The notes under the pieces: model-generated | What the model saw: only the letters and a program-made list of their open reading frames with translations | Database searches by the model: none | Told to the model about the DNA's origin: nothing | NCBI RefSeq assembly: GCF_018977255.1 | Contig: NW_024704742.1 | Coordinates: forward strand, 133,550,001 to 133,614,000 | DNA: 64,000 nt | Origin: Callorhinchus milii | Taxonomy: Eukaryota | Reading direction: 5' to 3' | Shown: positions 24,803-38,163 of the stretch, piece after piece | How the letters are laid out: each line of letters begins with the position of its first letter | Numbering within the stretch: position 1 is the first letter of the stretch | Made by a program: the position numbers and the translations under genes

Positions 24803-27413
24803 GAAACGCTCTGAACATTTCCAGCGTGACAAAGGAGTAATTTTAAAAAAAAATAACTTCTTTTACTTTGCTTTCTTGGCTGAAGAAACTCGCTGACAAG
24901 AATTTCAAAGGAAACCTTGCTTTCAATTACTGTAGAGAATTTAAGATTGTCCTAAATCATGTTCCACAAATTTTGTTGGACCAACATAAAAGCAAACTAA
25001 CCAATGGCTCTTCAAAGAATATAGAATTACTTAGAATCTGCAGGCTGTAAACAGGCCATTCCACCCTAAAAGTCCATGCCGCTGTTTATGCTCTTCCCCT
25101 CAGCCTCCCCTGCACCCCTCTATTCCTTTATCCCTGACATCTGAAGACCTTACTTTTCAACCGTGCTTAAAATCACCTCCACCCTCCAACCGGCTCAATG
25201 TCAGGCTCCACCACTGTTAAGCTCTCTGAGACGCTGCCCCACATAAAGGCCGCTATAAAAATGCAAGTTGTTGCATGTACACTTTAGTAAAAGATTTTTA
25301 AGTGAACATTTATGGGTCACACATGAGTGCAATCCTGTTCACTTACTCATCTGAAAGTATGTGTGGCGGGCACTAAGCTATATCAGTCATGTACTGAATT
25401 CGTAATAATCCTTATAATTGATATAATGCCTTTAATGTCAGGAGAACATCTGAAGGGCTTGATGGGATTTACTCTGAATGAAGTGACTGTTTGTTTTGAG
25501 GGCAAACTGACAACTAATTTGCCTGCTGCAACGTCCCACAAACAACCATGAAGTGAATGACTAATTTCATCTGGTAGATTGCTGCACGGAATACTGGGGG
25601 AAACACCCCTTTTTTTTGAATACTGCTGTGGGATTTTTCATGCTGACCTGAACAGGCAAGTCCTGGCTGAGCCGTAAGTTTCTCCAGCTCAATGTTGATG
25701 AACCTGAGACTTACCTGCTTGGAACCTGACAATGCCTCTTCACATCAGGCACTAAACATGTTGACCAATCTGGTCAGTCACTGCAACTCACGGAGCATGT
25801 GTGGAACCTCAGTGTCTTGATCAACTCTCCTTCAAACCTTTCTCCCGGCCTTACTTCCAGTTACACAACATCATCTCACCCCTCACATAGACAAAACCCC
25901 ATTCTCACCTTGAGATTCAACCTATCCAATGCCCTTGTCTCGCCAACTCTACTCTCCACAATTCCATGGACTCTACCAGTCTGCGGTGGAGGTTCCTGCA
26001 CCAGGTTTCTTGACCCAACTCTCCATATCCTCACCACCTCCCCCATTCTCGCACTGAATCCCTATCCACCAGCTGATCAACTTTAAAATCTCAAGTTCTT
26101 CCTCTTTGATTGTGCTTTTGGCCACCCTCCCACCCCCTACCCTCTTCTCTCTTCTTGATTCCAGTGTGAAAGACACTAAATAAATGTAATTTTGTTGTTT
26201 AAGATCCTCGTCCTTAACTGCCTCATTCCACCCATGCGATCTCCTGTAACTCTGGACCTTTGTCCCTCTCCGTCAACTCTAGCCTGCTTCATGCCCCATG
26301 GCTCCTGTCAGAGGCTGAGCTTTGAGCCACTTTGCCCTCACCCTCTGGAACTCTTTTCCCGACCCTCTTCATCTCACCCTCTCTCTCTGTGCTGGCTTTT
26401 AAAACCCATCTCAATATCTATCTCTCTGATTATCTCCTTCTGAACTCGGGGTCCTGCTCAGTTTTTGTAAAGTGCTTTGAGACATTCTCCCTGTGTGACA
26501 GGCACTGTATAAGTGGAAGTTATTCATCTTGCCTGTGTGCTGAAAGACTCATGTTGCCCACACTTTCTCTGCAGTTCTGGAATAATGATCTTTCAGCCCT
26601 GGCTCCATCCTGTTGACTGATGTTTCATTTACAATCTTTGTTCCTTTGCTGATCAGCACATCCATTCTCTCCTTCAGCTACTTCAACCTCAAACCATGGA
26701 TCACTGTAGAAGATGATGTGCGAAACAGACAAGTGGTCACAAAGATGCACAAAGAATGAACCAACCTCCTTTTTTGTCCCCCTTCTCTTGTCAATTATTC
26801 TGAAATTTTCTCTGCTGTTATGAAGGTGATTGACTCGTTTGTCATTTCAGTTCAACAAAGGTGTGATGTTCATGGGTTTCCATGCTGGAGATGAGCTTTA
26901 CGTCACAAGGAACTGTTGAAGGAAGGAAATGGACACAAAAGGCAGGAATTCTTCCCATTTGCCAAAAGTTTGCAGGGCTATGGGGAGAGAGTGGGGGGTG
27001 GAATTCAATTGAATAGCTCTTTTCAAAGAGCCGGCACAGACACAACGGGCCGATTGGCCTCCTGTGCTGTATATTTCTATGATTGTTAGCCTCACATTGG
27101 GACTTTGAGCTCAGGTTCAAGGCTGTCACTCCAGTGCTATGCTGGAAGAGTGTTCTGTTGGAGGTCTATTCTTCAGATGAGATGTTAAACCGATGTCAAG
27201 GCCAACTATACCCCAGGTTAAAAAAACAATGGTGATTCACTTCATTGCTACTTGTGGAAAATTTGCTAGGCGCACATTGGCTGCCAAATACACAGTCACT
27301 ACACTTTGCAGTAACTTGTATGAAGTACTTTGAGGTGTTTGTAAGTGGTTAAAGGCGTTATATAAAATGCGAGGATTATTATTATTATTATAATTATTTT
27401 GGGATTTCCACTT

Positions 27414-28205
27414 AATAATAACAATCCTCGCATGTGATACAATGCCTTATCACGTCATTGAGATGTCTCAAAGCGGTTCACAAAATATACTGTAAAGTGG
27501 ATTGACTGTGTAATTTGTGGGCGAAATGTGGCAGCCAATTGTGCCCTGTGTGTGGTGTAAGGAAATGTGCCAAAGGTTTTGCCTCACCCGACAATCAAAC
27601 CCGTGTTCTCTCGCTACGAAGCCAGAGCGCCAACCACTACGCTACCGGACTCCATTTGCCCATGATTTGGTCCCTAACCAAGAAAAAATTGATTTCAGAG
27701 ATTTCAGCTCTATTGCACCTTCTCCTTCTCTCCTTCTCTTCCTCACCCCTTCCTCTCTTGCCTCAACTACCCTGTCCTCTTCCTCCTCTCCCCACCTTGA
27801 TCCTCCTCCCCCATCCTCCTCCTCTGTTGCCATCCTGGAGTGTAGTGGTTAGCACGCTTGTCTCGCAAGCAAAAGGACCAGGGTTTGATTCCTGGGGTGG
27901 GGTGAAACCTTAGACAAGTCTCCTTACTCCACACTCCTCTGTTTATCCAGCAATAAATGGGAACCTGTTTGTTGGTTGATTGGCGGATTGCTTTTCAGAG
28001 TTAATAATCCCTTCAGAAAATAAATAAATAAATTGGTCTCTCAATTCATGACTATTTGTGGGACCCTGCTGTACGCAATTGGCTGCTGCCTTTCGCCCAC
28101 AAAATATACAATCAATTCACTTTATAGTATATTCTGTGAAGCGCTTTGAGACATCTCAACGAGTGATCAGACACTATAACAAATGCAAGGTTTATTATTA
28201 ATATT
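27414..28205. mobile_element. Two SINE copies, minus (27414-27653) and plus (27837-28205), head to head
   Basis: Both show the tRNA head and the tatcaaatgc/aaggattatt-type tail. Confidence 0.8.
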
Positions 28206-29877
28206 ATCTTTCCTCCTTCCTCCCACCTCCCTGCCCCCACTCCACACTCTCACTTGGACACACTACAACACTGAGTTGTCCGTGAACCGGTGCACAAAGA
28301 AGTTATGGACCAGAACTGAGACTGCATTCCAGAATTATGAAAATTGCAGTCTTTAATATATCTTTTTTTTCGAAAAAAGAAGGAAAAATACTTACTTTTG
28401 GAAGGTTGCCAGATGCTCTCTTGGGTGCTTGATTTATGACAGGTCTGAGCAGTTTTTCGTCCGAGAGGGAGTATCTTTCAAAATGATATATTCGATGAGT
28501 GAAAGGTCTGAAAATGCGGAGAATAAGCAATTTCCTCCACCCCCACTGTTGGATTGGGACCTCAGTGCTCATTTATTTTGCTTCCTTCACTTCAGGTCAC
28601 TGGTGCCGACAATATTGGTTGATGTCAACAGGCCATTAGGACACCTGTTCAGCACAAGAAGTAGGCTATTTGCTCCCATCAATTCAACACTAGTATTTGT
28701 TTGGTCTCTCCACATGATTTTCCTCACCGAATCTTTTTTCCCAAAGAGCGAAATTACACGTAGCCTTAGCCTTACGAATATCTTATACAGTCAATTCGCG
28801 TTACAATATATTCATTTAAGTGCTTTGAGAAGCTTCAACGACGTGATAAGGCTCTGGCCTGCTCCACGTCCCCCCGGAATCAGGCTCCGCTACTGTTTTG
28901 CGCTCTGAGACAGTACCCTGCGTGGAAGGCGCTATGTAATTGCAAGTTATTGTTGTTGTTGTTGAGCTAACAACGGCTGGACTCCAATCAGGCTTGTTTT
29001 GAGTTCCATCCCTCAGTGATAATTGAGCAATGGTATAAGGCTGGGGGCTGGTGACATGTGAGGATAAGCCAGATGTAAAAAGGTAGAGGTTCCTTTTGCA
29101 AATAAGCTTCTCTCTCACTCTTTTCCAAATTGTTAAAACACTTGCGCAAGTTTTGTATTCCTGGCGTGACTCATGCCCTCCTACATACTGTGTCAGAAGT
29201 GGGATTGTCTTCTGCTGCGGATTAGAAATTTTTGTCCTGTGCGCATAACAATATGTAGGTTTAGCACCAATAACCACTGACTTGTCCGAGCAGTAAAAAT
29301 AACTTCTCCGTATTTTCCTTATCAGAACCCTTTTTTTGCTGCAAGAAAGCACGCGCTGAACACCAAACGTCTCCTAGCAACCTCACTACAACGAGATGCC
29401 CTCACGAACCTGTGCAAATAGTCTTCTTAACTCAGACTTGAGAACTATTGAAATAACATGTTTTTTTTTNCCATTTTCGCTCTGAAATCTAACACCCCAG
29501 AAATAATCATATGAGTAATAATCCTTACATTTGATATGGTGCCTTATCACATCGTCGAGATGTCTCAAAGCAGTACGCTGTAAATTGTAGTGACTGTGTT
29601 TATTTTGTCGGTGAATGAGGCAGCTAATTTGTGCACGGCAACGACCCACAAACAGCCATGGAGTGAATGACTTATTGCATGTTGGGAGTCATCACCTGAA
29701 CCGATAGATGGGATCTCAGTGTCAAAGGGCGAGTGGCACGATGCAGTGCCCCTCCACCTCCCCACCACCAGCGCTATGTTGGAATGCCAGCCTAGCCTAT
29801 GTGAGTTTAGAGTCCGGACTTGGGATTTGAATCCCCCTCCTAGTCTTCTGACTCAGAATCGGGAACAATGCCAAGTG

Positions 29878-30328
29878 GGGAGTGAGGGACTTCAGTTATG
29901 TGGAGAGACTGGAGCAGCTATGATTGTTCTCCTTAGAGCAGAGAAGGTTAAGGTGAGATTTAATAGAGGTGTCAAAATTATGAGGGTTTTGATGCAGAGA
30001 ATAGAGAGAAACTGTTTCCACTGGCAGATAGGTCAGTAACAGGACACATAGATTCAAGATGATTGGCCAAAGAACCAGAGGGGAGATGATGAGAACATTT
30101 TTTACACAGAGAGTTGTTACAGTCTGGAATGCACTGCCTGATAGGGTGGTGGAAACAGATTCAATAACAACTTTCAAAAGGAAATTAGATAAGTACTTAA
30201 AAGGAAAAAAATTGCAAGAATATGGGGAAAGGGTGAGGGAGTGGGATTGATTGAGTACCTCTTCCAAAGAGCCGGCACAGGCGCGATGGACCGAGTGGCC
30301 TCCTTCTGTGCTGTAATATTCTATGATT
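29878..30328 (+). mobile_element. CR1 3' fragment
   Basis: FFTQRVVTVWNALP peptide; ttctatgatt tail. Confidence 0.85.
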
Positions 30329-31302
30329 CAATGAACAGAGCCAAGCTGTAGCACCGGCCCTTTGAGGTTCAATCGCGGTGGAAGTGAGGTGTCAGCTTGG
30401 CTGAGCAGGTAAATGTTGGAAGTACTGTCCTTTGGAGGAGATGTTAAGCCCCTCCACCCAGCTCTCTGCCCAGGATTGGATGACAACATAAGAACATAAG
30501 AATTTGTTTTGCCAAGTCCATCTACTTCACCTTCCACAATTTACGAGTGCATTCGTAGAGTAGACTAAGCAGTCAACACCAATTATCATCTTGAAATAGT
30601 CATCCTTGCAACTAAATTGTTGCTTTTATCTCTACACATTAGTGAGTCGCGTACATGTCTATTGGAATCTTTTAAAGCACAATTACTGATATCTTCCAGT
30701 ATTTAGTTTCAATCATTCACTTTTCTTTCCCCTCCACCGCTGGCTTCCTGCTGTTTGCACAGATGGGTGGGGAGGGAGGAGAAGTTTGGAAACAACATTG
30801 TGCTGGCTGTGTACTTCAGATTTAATAGAGGATTCACAGCAGAAACCCATTTATTTTAATAGAATTAGCACACAGGGAGGCTGGTTTCACACACTTCCTT
30901 CCTTCTTCCGCACAGTGAGACAAGCTAAAGTGGCTTGGGTTATTGGCTTGCTGGCTGTTGTGAAACTCATGCATTTTTATTTAGGCCAGAAAATCTTGGT
31001 GCCTCTTGGGTTTCCATACCCCGGTGCTTCAAGTTCCAGGTGCTCACTTTTAAATTCATCCACGGCCTTGCCCCACCCCTACCTGTGCGACCTCCTGCCT
31101 GCTTCATGTCCCCTGCCCAATCAGCCCCATCCTGTAGTCCCTCCCAGTCTTCAAAACCCTCTCTTTTCCACTGTGTTTTTATCTACCTTTCCACATAAAC
31201 ACCCATATCCCAGACCCGGGCTCCTAATCAGCTGTGTGAAGCATGTCGAGGCATCCTCTTGATCTAAAATGTGCTATATGGAATGCAAGGATTTTTACGT
31301 GT

Positions 31303-31612
31303 GGAGTCCTGTGGCATTATGGTTAGAGCACTCGCCTCGCAAGCGAGTGGACCCGGGTTCGATTCCTGGGCAGGGGAAACCTTATGCAAGTTTCCTTACT
31401 CCACATGCCTCTGTTTACCTAGCAGTAAGTAGGAACCTGATTAGTTGATTGGTGGATCGCTTTCCAAGGTAATAATACCTTAAACCAAATTAACAATTTG
31501 GTCAATCAATCCAGGACTGTTTGTGTGCAATTGGCTGCTGTGTTTCGCCCACAAAATATACAGTCAATTCACTTTACAGTATATTCTGTGAAGCGCTTTG
31601 AGAAGTCTCAGT
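31303..31612 (+). mobile_element. tRNA/Deu SINE, long subfamily (CGC anticodon)
   Basis: ggagtcctgtggc...ctcgc-ctcgcaa-gcgag...ggttcgattcc. Confidence 0.85.
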
Positions 31613-31935
31613 GACTTGAGTTAGAGTTGAGTTAGAGTTGAGGGTTCAAGATCCACATTAGGGCTTGGGCTCACACTGAAGTCCAGTACAGTGCTGGTTA
31701 GTAAATGAGGTGTCTTTAGGATGAGACGTCAACTGATGTTGAAGATCCTGTGACGCTATCTGAACTATTCTGGCCAACAATATTCTGGAGAAATTAGCCA
31801 CTTACCACGTGGCTACTTGTGGGATTGTACTGTGTGCAAAACAGCTGATGCGTTTGCCTATATAAAATCCCAGTGGACAATGGTAATTATTGTGAAGTGT
31901 GCCTGAAAAGGTGGTGGAGGCCGATTCGATAATAA

Positions 31936-32146
31936 TAATATATTAATAATAATCCTTGCATTTGATATAGCGCTTTTCACGTCTTCTAGACATCTCAAAG
32001 CACTTCACAGAATAGACTGTAAAGTGAATTGACTGTATATTTGTGGGCGAAATGCTGCAGCCAATTGCGCACAGCAGCGTCCCACAAACGGTCGTGGATT
32101 GAAATGACCAATTTATTATTGTTTTTTTTGAGGGATTATTATCAGG
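31936..32146 (-). mobile_element. 5'-truncated SINE
   Basis: Reverse complement of Deu core and tail. Confidence 0.85.
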
Positions 32147-33183
32147 CTTTTTCATAATTTTTAGTAAGAGACAACAATAATAAATAATAATAAATAAATA
32201 ATACATGAATAATAAATATAAATAATAATAAAATCTGGGCGTTTGAAAAACTTTCATCACTTTGAAAAATGTATGTGTGTGTGGGGGGGAGATACAAATG
32301 TTGTGATTGCTCAAATGAAATCCATACATTGAAAAAGTTCTGTTTCATCAAAAATTAACTTATTCAGTGTCTGTGAATAAATGCCTGATAACAGTTTTTA
32401 AGGGAGAAGTAGATAATTATTTGGGGAGGATAAGTTTGCAGGGCAATTGGGAGAGAGCAGGGGAGTGGGATTGATTTGGATAGCTCTTTTCAAAGAGCTG
32501 GCACAGACACGATGGGCCGAATGGCCTCCTTCTGTGCTGTATAATTCTATGATTCTATGATATTATGATGTTAAGAGGCCCTGCGGAAATGCAAGTACTT
32601 CCTCCTTTCTTACCTGGGAAATTAGATGCACCTACTGACTTACTCCATGCTAATGTTGGTCCTAGCTGGACAAGCATGCCACACAGTGGCAATGGCAGGC
32701 TATGTGGTTTAAGCAGGTTGAGCTCCAGCAGTTATCCCAACGCACACTCTGGGGTCCCCCAAGCCTTGGCTCTTACCAAACTGCACCTAATATTCTTGGG
32801 AATTAGGTAAGCAGGTTGCATCCCTCGAGGGAAACAGGTTACTTATGCAATTGAAGAGGCAGAAATATATCCATGCATTGGTGTCATCCATATGTGGAGC
32901 TCCCAATCTGATTTGGATACTTTTAAGCGCGGTGATGGGTTTCTGGATTTGTTAAGACACCCAGCTTGATTTTGAGCCATTTATATCCAAAATAATGTCA
33001 GACGTGAAAATGCTGCATGTCATCAAATCACTTCAGCAAAAGAAACCCTGTGGATTATCTATGTGAGATGCAAACACTGCCCTCCATCTTGTCTGATCCC
33101 AACCCCCTGCTCGGGTCCAAATCACTGACTGTCCAGCGCCTTTCTCCCGACGTGAAAGGCGCTATACAAATGTCATTTTGTAT

Positions 33184-33765
33184 TGTATTTCCTTGTTTTT
33201 GCTTGAATTAATTCCGGACGGTGGAACTTTTTGTCAGATCATTTGTTGAAGTGATTGTTTAAGGCACCGACTAACTAGATAGAGCCTTTTGAAAACTGGC
33301 AAATCATTCAAATAAAACCAGCCCTTACAGCCCATTCCCCAGGAGAGTCCTCATTCCCCGAATGCAAAGTTGTAAAGACGATAATTGTGTCTTTGTTTAT
33401 GTTTTTTGTATAATTGTTGCAGACAGTGAAATGGGAAATAAAAGGCACATTGTTTCTTGCCAATGAAAGTGCTTTTGGGAACTCGGGCATCAAGCAGTCC
33501 TGCCTTTCATCATCAGCTCATGCACCACGTTCCAATTTGTTTTCAATAATTAGACAAGGAATGAGCAGACATCAGTTCAAGCTGGTGAACACACCACTGT
33601 ACGTCTAATCTTTTAGTTTCCTTCCTATCTCCTCTAGTTGGCTCCCGATGGTTCTTAAACAAACTGTAAGTATCAGCCTGGCTCAGTTGGTAGCACGCTC
33701 GCCTCTGACCTTGTTCAAGCCCCCACATTGGGAGTTTGAGCTCACAAGTCTTGACTGATATCTAG
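33184..33765. repeat. Intronic block duplicated at 44865-45423
   Basis: Long colinear matches such as gactaactagatagagccttttgaaaactggcaaatcatt and gtgaaatgggaaataaaaggcacattgtttcttgccaatgaaagtgcttt; offset about 11.67 kb. Confidence 0.9.
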
Positions 33766-33830
33766 TGCTTTGATGGGGGACTGGGGTTGCATTGTCGGAG
33801 ATGTTGATATTTGGACGAGACCTTAAACTG

Positions 33831-34998
33831 AAGGCATTTGATAAAGTGCCACGTAAGAGATGTGTAAGCAAAATAGAAGCCCATGGTATTAAGGGACAGT
33901 GGCAGCATGGATACAGAACTGGTTGGGAGACAGAAAGCAGAGAGTGGTGGTGAAAAGTTGTTTTTGTGACTGGAGGGAAGTGTGCAGTGGTGTCTCCGAG
34001 GGTTGGGTTTGGGACCACTGCTGTTTTTGATCTATATAAATGACCTGAACTTGGGTATAGGGATTACAATTTCCAAGTTTGCAGATGATATTAAGCTACG
34101 AAAAGTCGTAAACAGTGAGGACGATAGTAGCAGACTGCAAGAGGACATAGACAGACTGGTAAAATGGGCAGACACGTGGCAGATGAAGATTAATGTGGAG
34201 AAATGCAAAGTGATGCATTTTGAGAGGAAGAATGAGGAGAGGCAATATAATCTGATGGTACAGTCTTAAAGGGGGTGAAGGAACAGAGAGCCCTGGAAGT
34301 TCATATAAGTAAATCTTTGAAGGTGGCAGGACAGGTAGATAAAGCTGTTAAAAAAGTATACTGGATACTAGGCTTTATAAACAGGCGCATTGAATACATA
34401 AGTCAGGAAGTTATGATGAACCTTTATAAAACACTGGTTAGGCCTCAGCTGGAGACGGTGTTCAGTTCTGGGCACCACACTTTAGAAAGGAAATCAAGGC
34501 ATTGGAGAGGGTGCAAAGGAGATTTACCAGGATGGTACCAGGAATGAGGGGCTTTGGTTATCTGGAGAGGCTAGAGAAGCTAGGATTATTCTTCTTAGAG
34601 CAGAGAAAGTTAAGAGGAGACTTAATAGAAGTTTTCAAAATTATGAGGGGATTCAATAGGGTGAACAAGAAGAAACTATTTCCACTGGCGGGTGGGTCAG
34701 TAACCCGAGGACATCGAATTAAAATTGGTGTTTAAAAAAAACAGAGTGGAGGTGAGGAGAAATGTTTTCACACGAGTTGCTCGAATCTGGAATGCATTGC
34801 CTGAAAGGGTGGTAGAAGCCGATTTGGTAACATCTTCTAAGAGAGAAGTAGATAATTATTTGGGGAGGACAGGTTTGCAGGGCTATGGGGAGAGCGCGGG
34901 GGAGTGGGATTGATTCAGGTAAGTCTTTTCAAAGAGCCGGCACAGACACGGTGGGCCGACTGGACTCCTTCTGAGCAATATAATTCTATGATTCTATG
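33831..34998 (+). mobile_element. 5'-truncated CR1-clade LINE (RT to 3' end), nested in an old DeuSINE
   Basis: KAFDKVP, GPLLFLIYINDL, SKFADDIKL, LYKTLVRPQLE, RVARIWNALP motifs with frameshifts; (ATTCTATG)2 tail. Confidence 0.93.
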
Positions 34999-36678
34999 AA
35001 GTCCCGTCTGGCTGCTCAGTTGAATGTCGGAATTTGGAATTACATAATCTAAGATGACGCTCCATGCAGGCTGCAGGTGTGATGCATTGTCGAAGGTGCT
35101 GTCATTTGGATGAGATGTTAAATCGAGGTCCGGTCTGCTTGTTCCAGGGGGATGTTAAAGATCCCATGGACCTATTCAAAAAGAGAAGGGAATTTCTCCT
35201 TGTGTCCTTGCCAACAATCCCCAAATAAAATTTGACAATCGTTTCTTTGTTGTTTGTAGGGCATTGCCGTGCTCAATTATGCTGCTGTGTTTGCTACAAA
35301 TAAACAGTCACTCCTTGTCACTGTAATTCCTGTGAAGCACTTTGAGGTATCCTCTCAATATGAAAGACGATAAGGCACAATGCCAAATGCCATGATTATT
35401 ATTTTCATTAAGAAGTGTGAAACGCTTTGAGATGTTGCAACATCAAGTGGAAGAATCATGATTCAAAATGATCAATGATCAATTGATCAATGACTTTACT
35501 TAAGTAGAGCATCTACTGTGACCTTCTCTGAAAGCTGACAAGGCAAATGTTGTTAGTGTGTCTCAGTGGCCTGGGTCGGGTGACTGCTTTCACAACCGAG
35601 ATTTCTGCAAGTATTAGGCGGTGAACCTGACATATTAACTCGGTGACCCCTTATCCTCTTCTTCCCCTCCGCCCCCCCCCCCCCCATTCCGAATCATGAT
35701 CACGTTGTTTCTATTGCTGTCCTCCAGTACCTAAAGGCTCCACAGACCTGTCTCACGCACCGCTGAGCAAGAAATCTGATTCATTCACACCCACTTCATA
35801 ATGTGCTTCACGGATTGTCAGGAGATCGGAATCGATGATTTTCTAGACTTTCGTGCAGAAAGAGCCCTCAAGCTATATGTTTTGAATGTTGCAGCCAAAT
35901 CCATTCATACAGCTGCTAAATGACTTAGACACGCTTCTAACAGCACAAGGATTTGGATAGATTAGCAGCATTTAGAGGCGGACGTAATAACAATACCCGG
36001 AGGTAATAAGTGGAGAGCATTTGCCATCATAAGTAATGGAACGAGTGCTGTTTTTAGCAGTCAGCGCGTGTTAAATTGATTGAGTGTAAATTGTGATGTG
36101 ATTTGTTAATTACAAAGAAGGGTGAAGTGAGTCGGGGTGTAATTATCGATTGGTCTCCAGTGTCATGGTGTCATTTCCTCTCTCCTCTCCCCTCCTGTTC
36201 CCCAAATCTTGTTACAGTGGTTTATCGGATTGGACTGAATGTTGGTGAGCTGGCTACATATACTGGATACATTCTCCCACTATCTCGGCTGATCTCCACC
36301 GCAGTGCTGGGGGAGGGAAGCATTGTTGGAGTTGCCGTCCTTTGGATGAGATCTAAAATCGTGCTCCACCCCTGTCAAGCGCTCTGGGACGCTACCCTGA
36401 GTGAGGGCGCTATATAAATACATTTGCATAGCGCCTTTCATGTTGTGAAGACATCCCAGTGGTCTTTCATGTTGTGAAGATATCCCAAGGCGCTGGCATG
36501 CAAGTTGTTGTTTTTGATGCTGTTGATGGGGAGCGGTGTGAAATGGGAGGATCTCCAGCCAGATTTGCGGCGTGGGTGTGTGTGCGCGTGTGTGTGCCTG
36601 TGTAGTTTCTGTGTAGATGGAGTTGCTTGGACCAGTGAAAGGAAAGAAATCACAAGAGGATCTTCTCTCTCTCTGCAG

Positions 36679-36853
36679 CGAGGCCTTTTTCGTCTGCCTC
36701 ATGGAGACTATTTCATCGAGCCCATTGGCAACCACTCAGGGCAGGAAGAGGAACGACAGGCCCACATCGTGTACAAGAGGCATGATGCACAGCACAACCG
36801 CAGGAAACGATGGGATGTCGCATCTGAAGGAGCTGGGGCATGCGGAGTGCAAG
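36679..36853 (+). CDS. ADAMTS12: ADAMTS prodomain exon (probable coding exon 3 of ADAMTS12)
   Basis: Acceptor tcttctctctctctgcag ending 36678; donor G|GTATGG at 36854. Encodes RGLFRLPHGDYFIEPIGNH...AHIVYKR...ACGVQ and continues in phase 0 from SACNGL of the previous exon. LPHGD.FIEP and HIVY are ADAMTS7/12 prodomain motifs. Confidence 0.9.
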
Positions 36854-37034
36854 GTATGGACATTAAACTCCCATTGTCCAGGCTGACCTCCAGTACAGCA
36901 TTGTTGGAGCTGCCCCCTTTAGGATGAGATCTGAAACCGAGGTTCTGTCTACATGTTCAGGTGGACGATACAGATCCAATAATCCCGGAGAAGGGAGTTT
37001 CTCCCAGTGGCCTGGCATAACAAACCCTTCAGAC

Positions 37035-37382
37035 ATATGCAGCACATTGGTTAGAGCACCCCCTTTGCAAGTGAGAGGACCCGGGTTTGATTCCTGGGCA
37101 GGGCTATACCATACTCCACATGCCTCTAGTTTACCTAGAAGTAAATAGAAACCCGGTTGTTAGTCAATCGGCGGATTGCTTTCCAGGGGTAGTAATCCCT
37201 CCAAAAACTATATATACACGGTTATTCAAACCACGTAGTCGCAATTGGCTGCTGCGTTCCGCCCACAAAATATACAGTCAATTCACTTGATAGTATATTC
37301 TGTGACGCGCTTTGAGTTGTCTCAACAATGTGATGAGGTGCTATATCAAATGCAAGGATTATTACTACTCTTATTATTATAT
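37035..37382 (+). mobile_element. tRNA/Deu SINE, long subfamily, just downstream of exon 3
   Basis: tggttagagcacc...ggtttgattcc head; gcaattggctgctgcg core; tail. Confidence 0.8.
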
Positions 37383-38163
37383 GGTGAGTTTGGATGCTGA
37401 GCATGTAGAAAAAGGGTACAAGGGGAGGTGACCATAGGCTTGGTCCACTGAGGTGCATTCGATGATAGGGCCAGGGACAGGGAGTTCCAGAGGATGGCAG
37501 AATGACTATAAGCCTGACTACCGAGGATGATGTGAAGGGGTGCACAACGTGTTTGTTAGCTGAATAAACATGTAACATGATGTATATCACAGGAACAACA
37601 ATTATAAACCGATTTGAGTGTGAGTCTCCCCCACCACAGCCCCCCCACCCCCAACACACACACACACATACACACACTAGCCACAGCTTTCTGTCTCCGA
37701 GCGACTGATGGCTGGCTGAGCCAAGGTGCAAAATAAATGAATAATGTGGCACCTCCAATGATGCAGCTTTCGTTCCACCAAGCACTGAAGTATCAGACTA
37801 ATGTGTCTGCTTAACTTTCCAGTTGATCTCTTATCACTTAGTTACCAGATTGCTTCACAATCTGCAGGCAAAGGACTCACAACCACATCATTCATCTTGT
37901 CTGGAACATGCACTAAAATTATCAATCATTGTAACTTTAGCATCAAGCCTTGCTTGTTGCACTCCAATGCTGCGAAAAACTTATTTCTACTGAATACAAA
38001 TGAAGGAAAAGTCACCGTCTGGGAATTCTGGTTGGTGCAAAGATTTATTTTGGTCAACCAGGTGCCTAACACACTTAGAAGCTCATCACTGTTGTTAATT
38101 GGTCCGTCGCTTCATGGCTGTTTGTGGGACATTGCTGTGCGCAAATTTGGCTGCTACTGTTAC

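Larger units (their letters stand above)
2899..36678 (+). other. 33.8-kb GT-AG intron of the ADAMTS gene
   Basis: Lies between two phase-compatible exons whose translations are contiguous in the ADAMTS prodomain. Confidence 0.85.

Noticed and set aside
24868..25050. Protein-like 60-aa ORF LSWLKKLADKNF...
   Set aside because: No ATG, no convincing splice sites and no recognisable homology.
29470..29470. Single N after a poly-T run
   Set aside because: Assembly ambiguity, not a biological feature.
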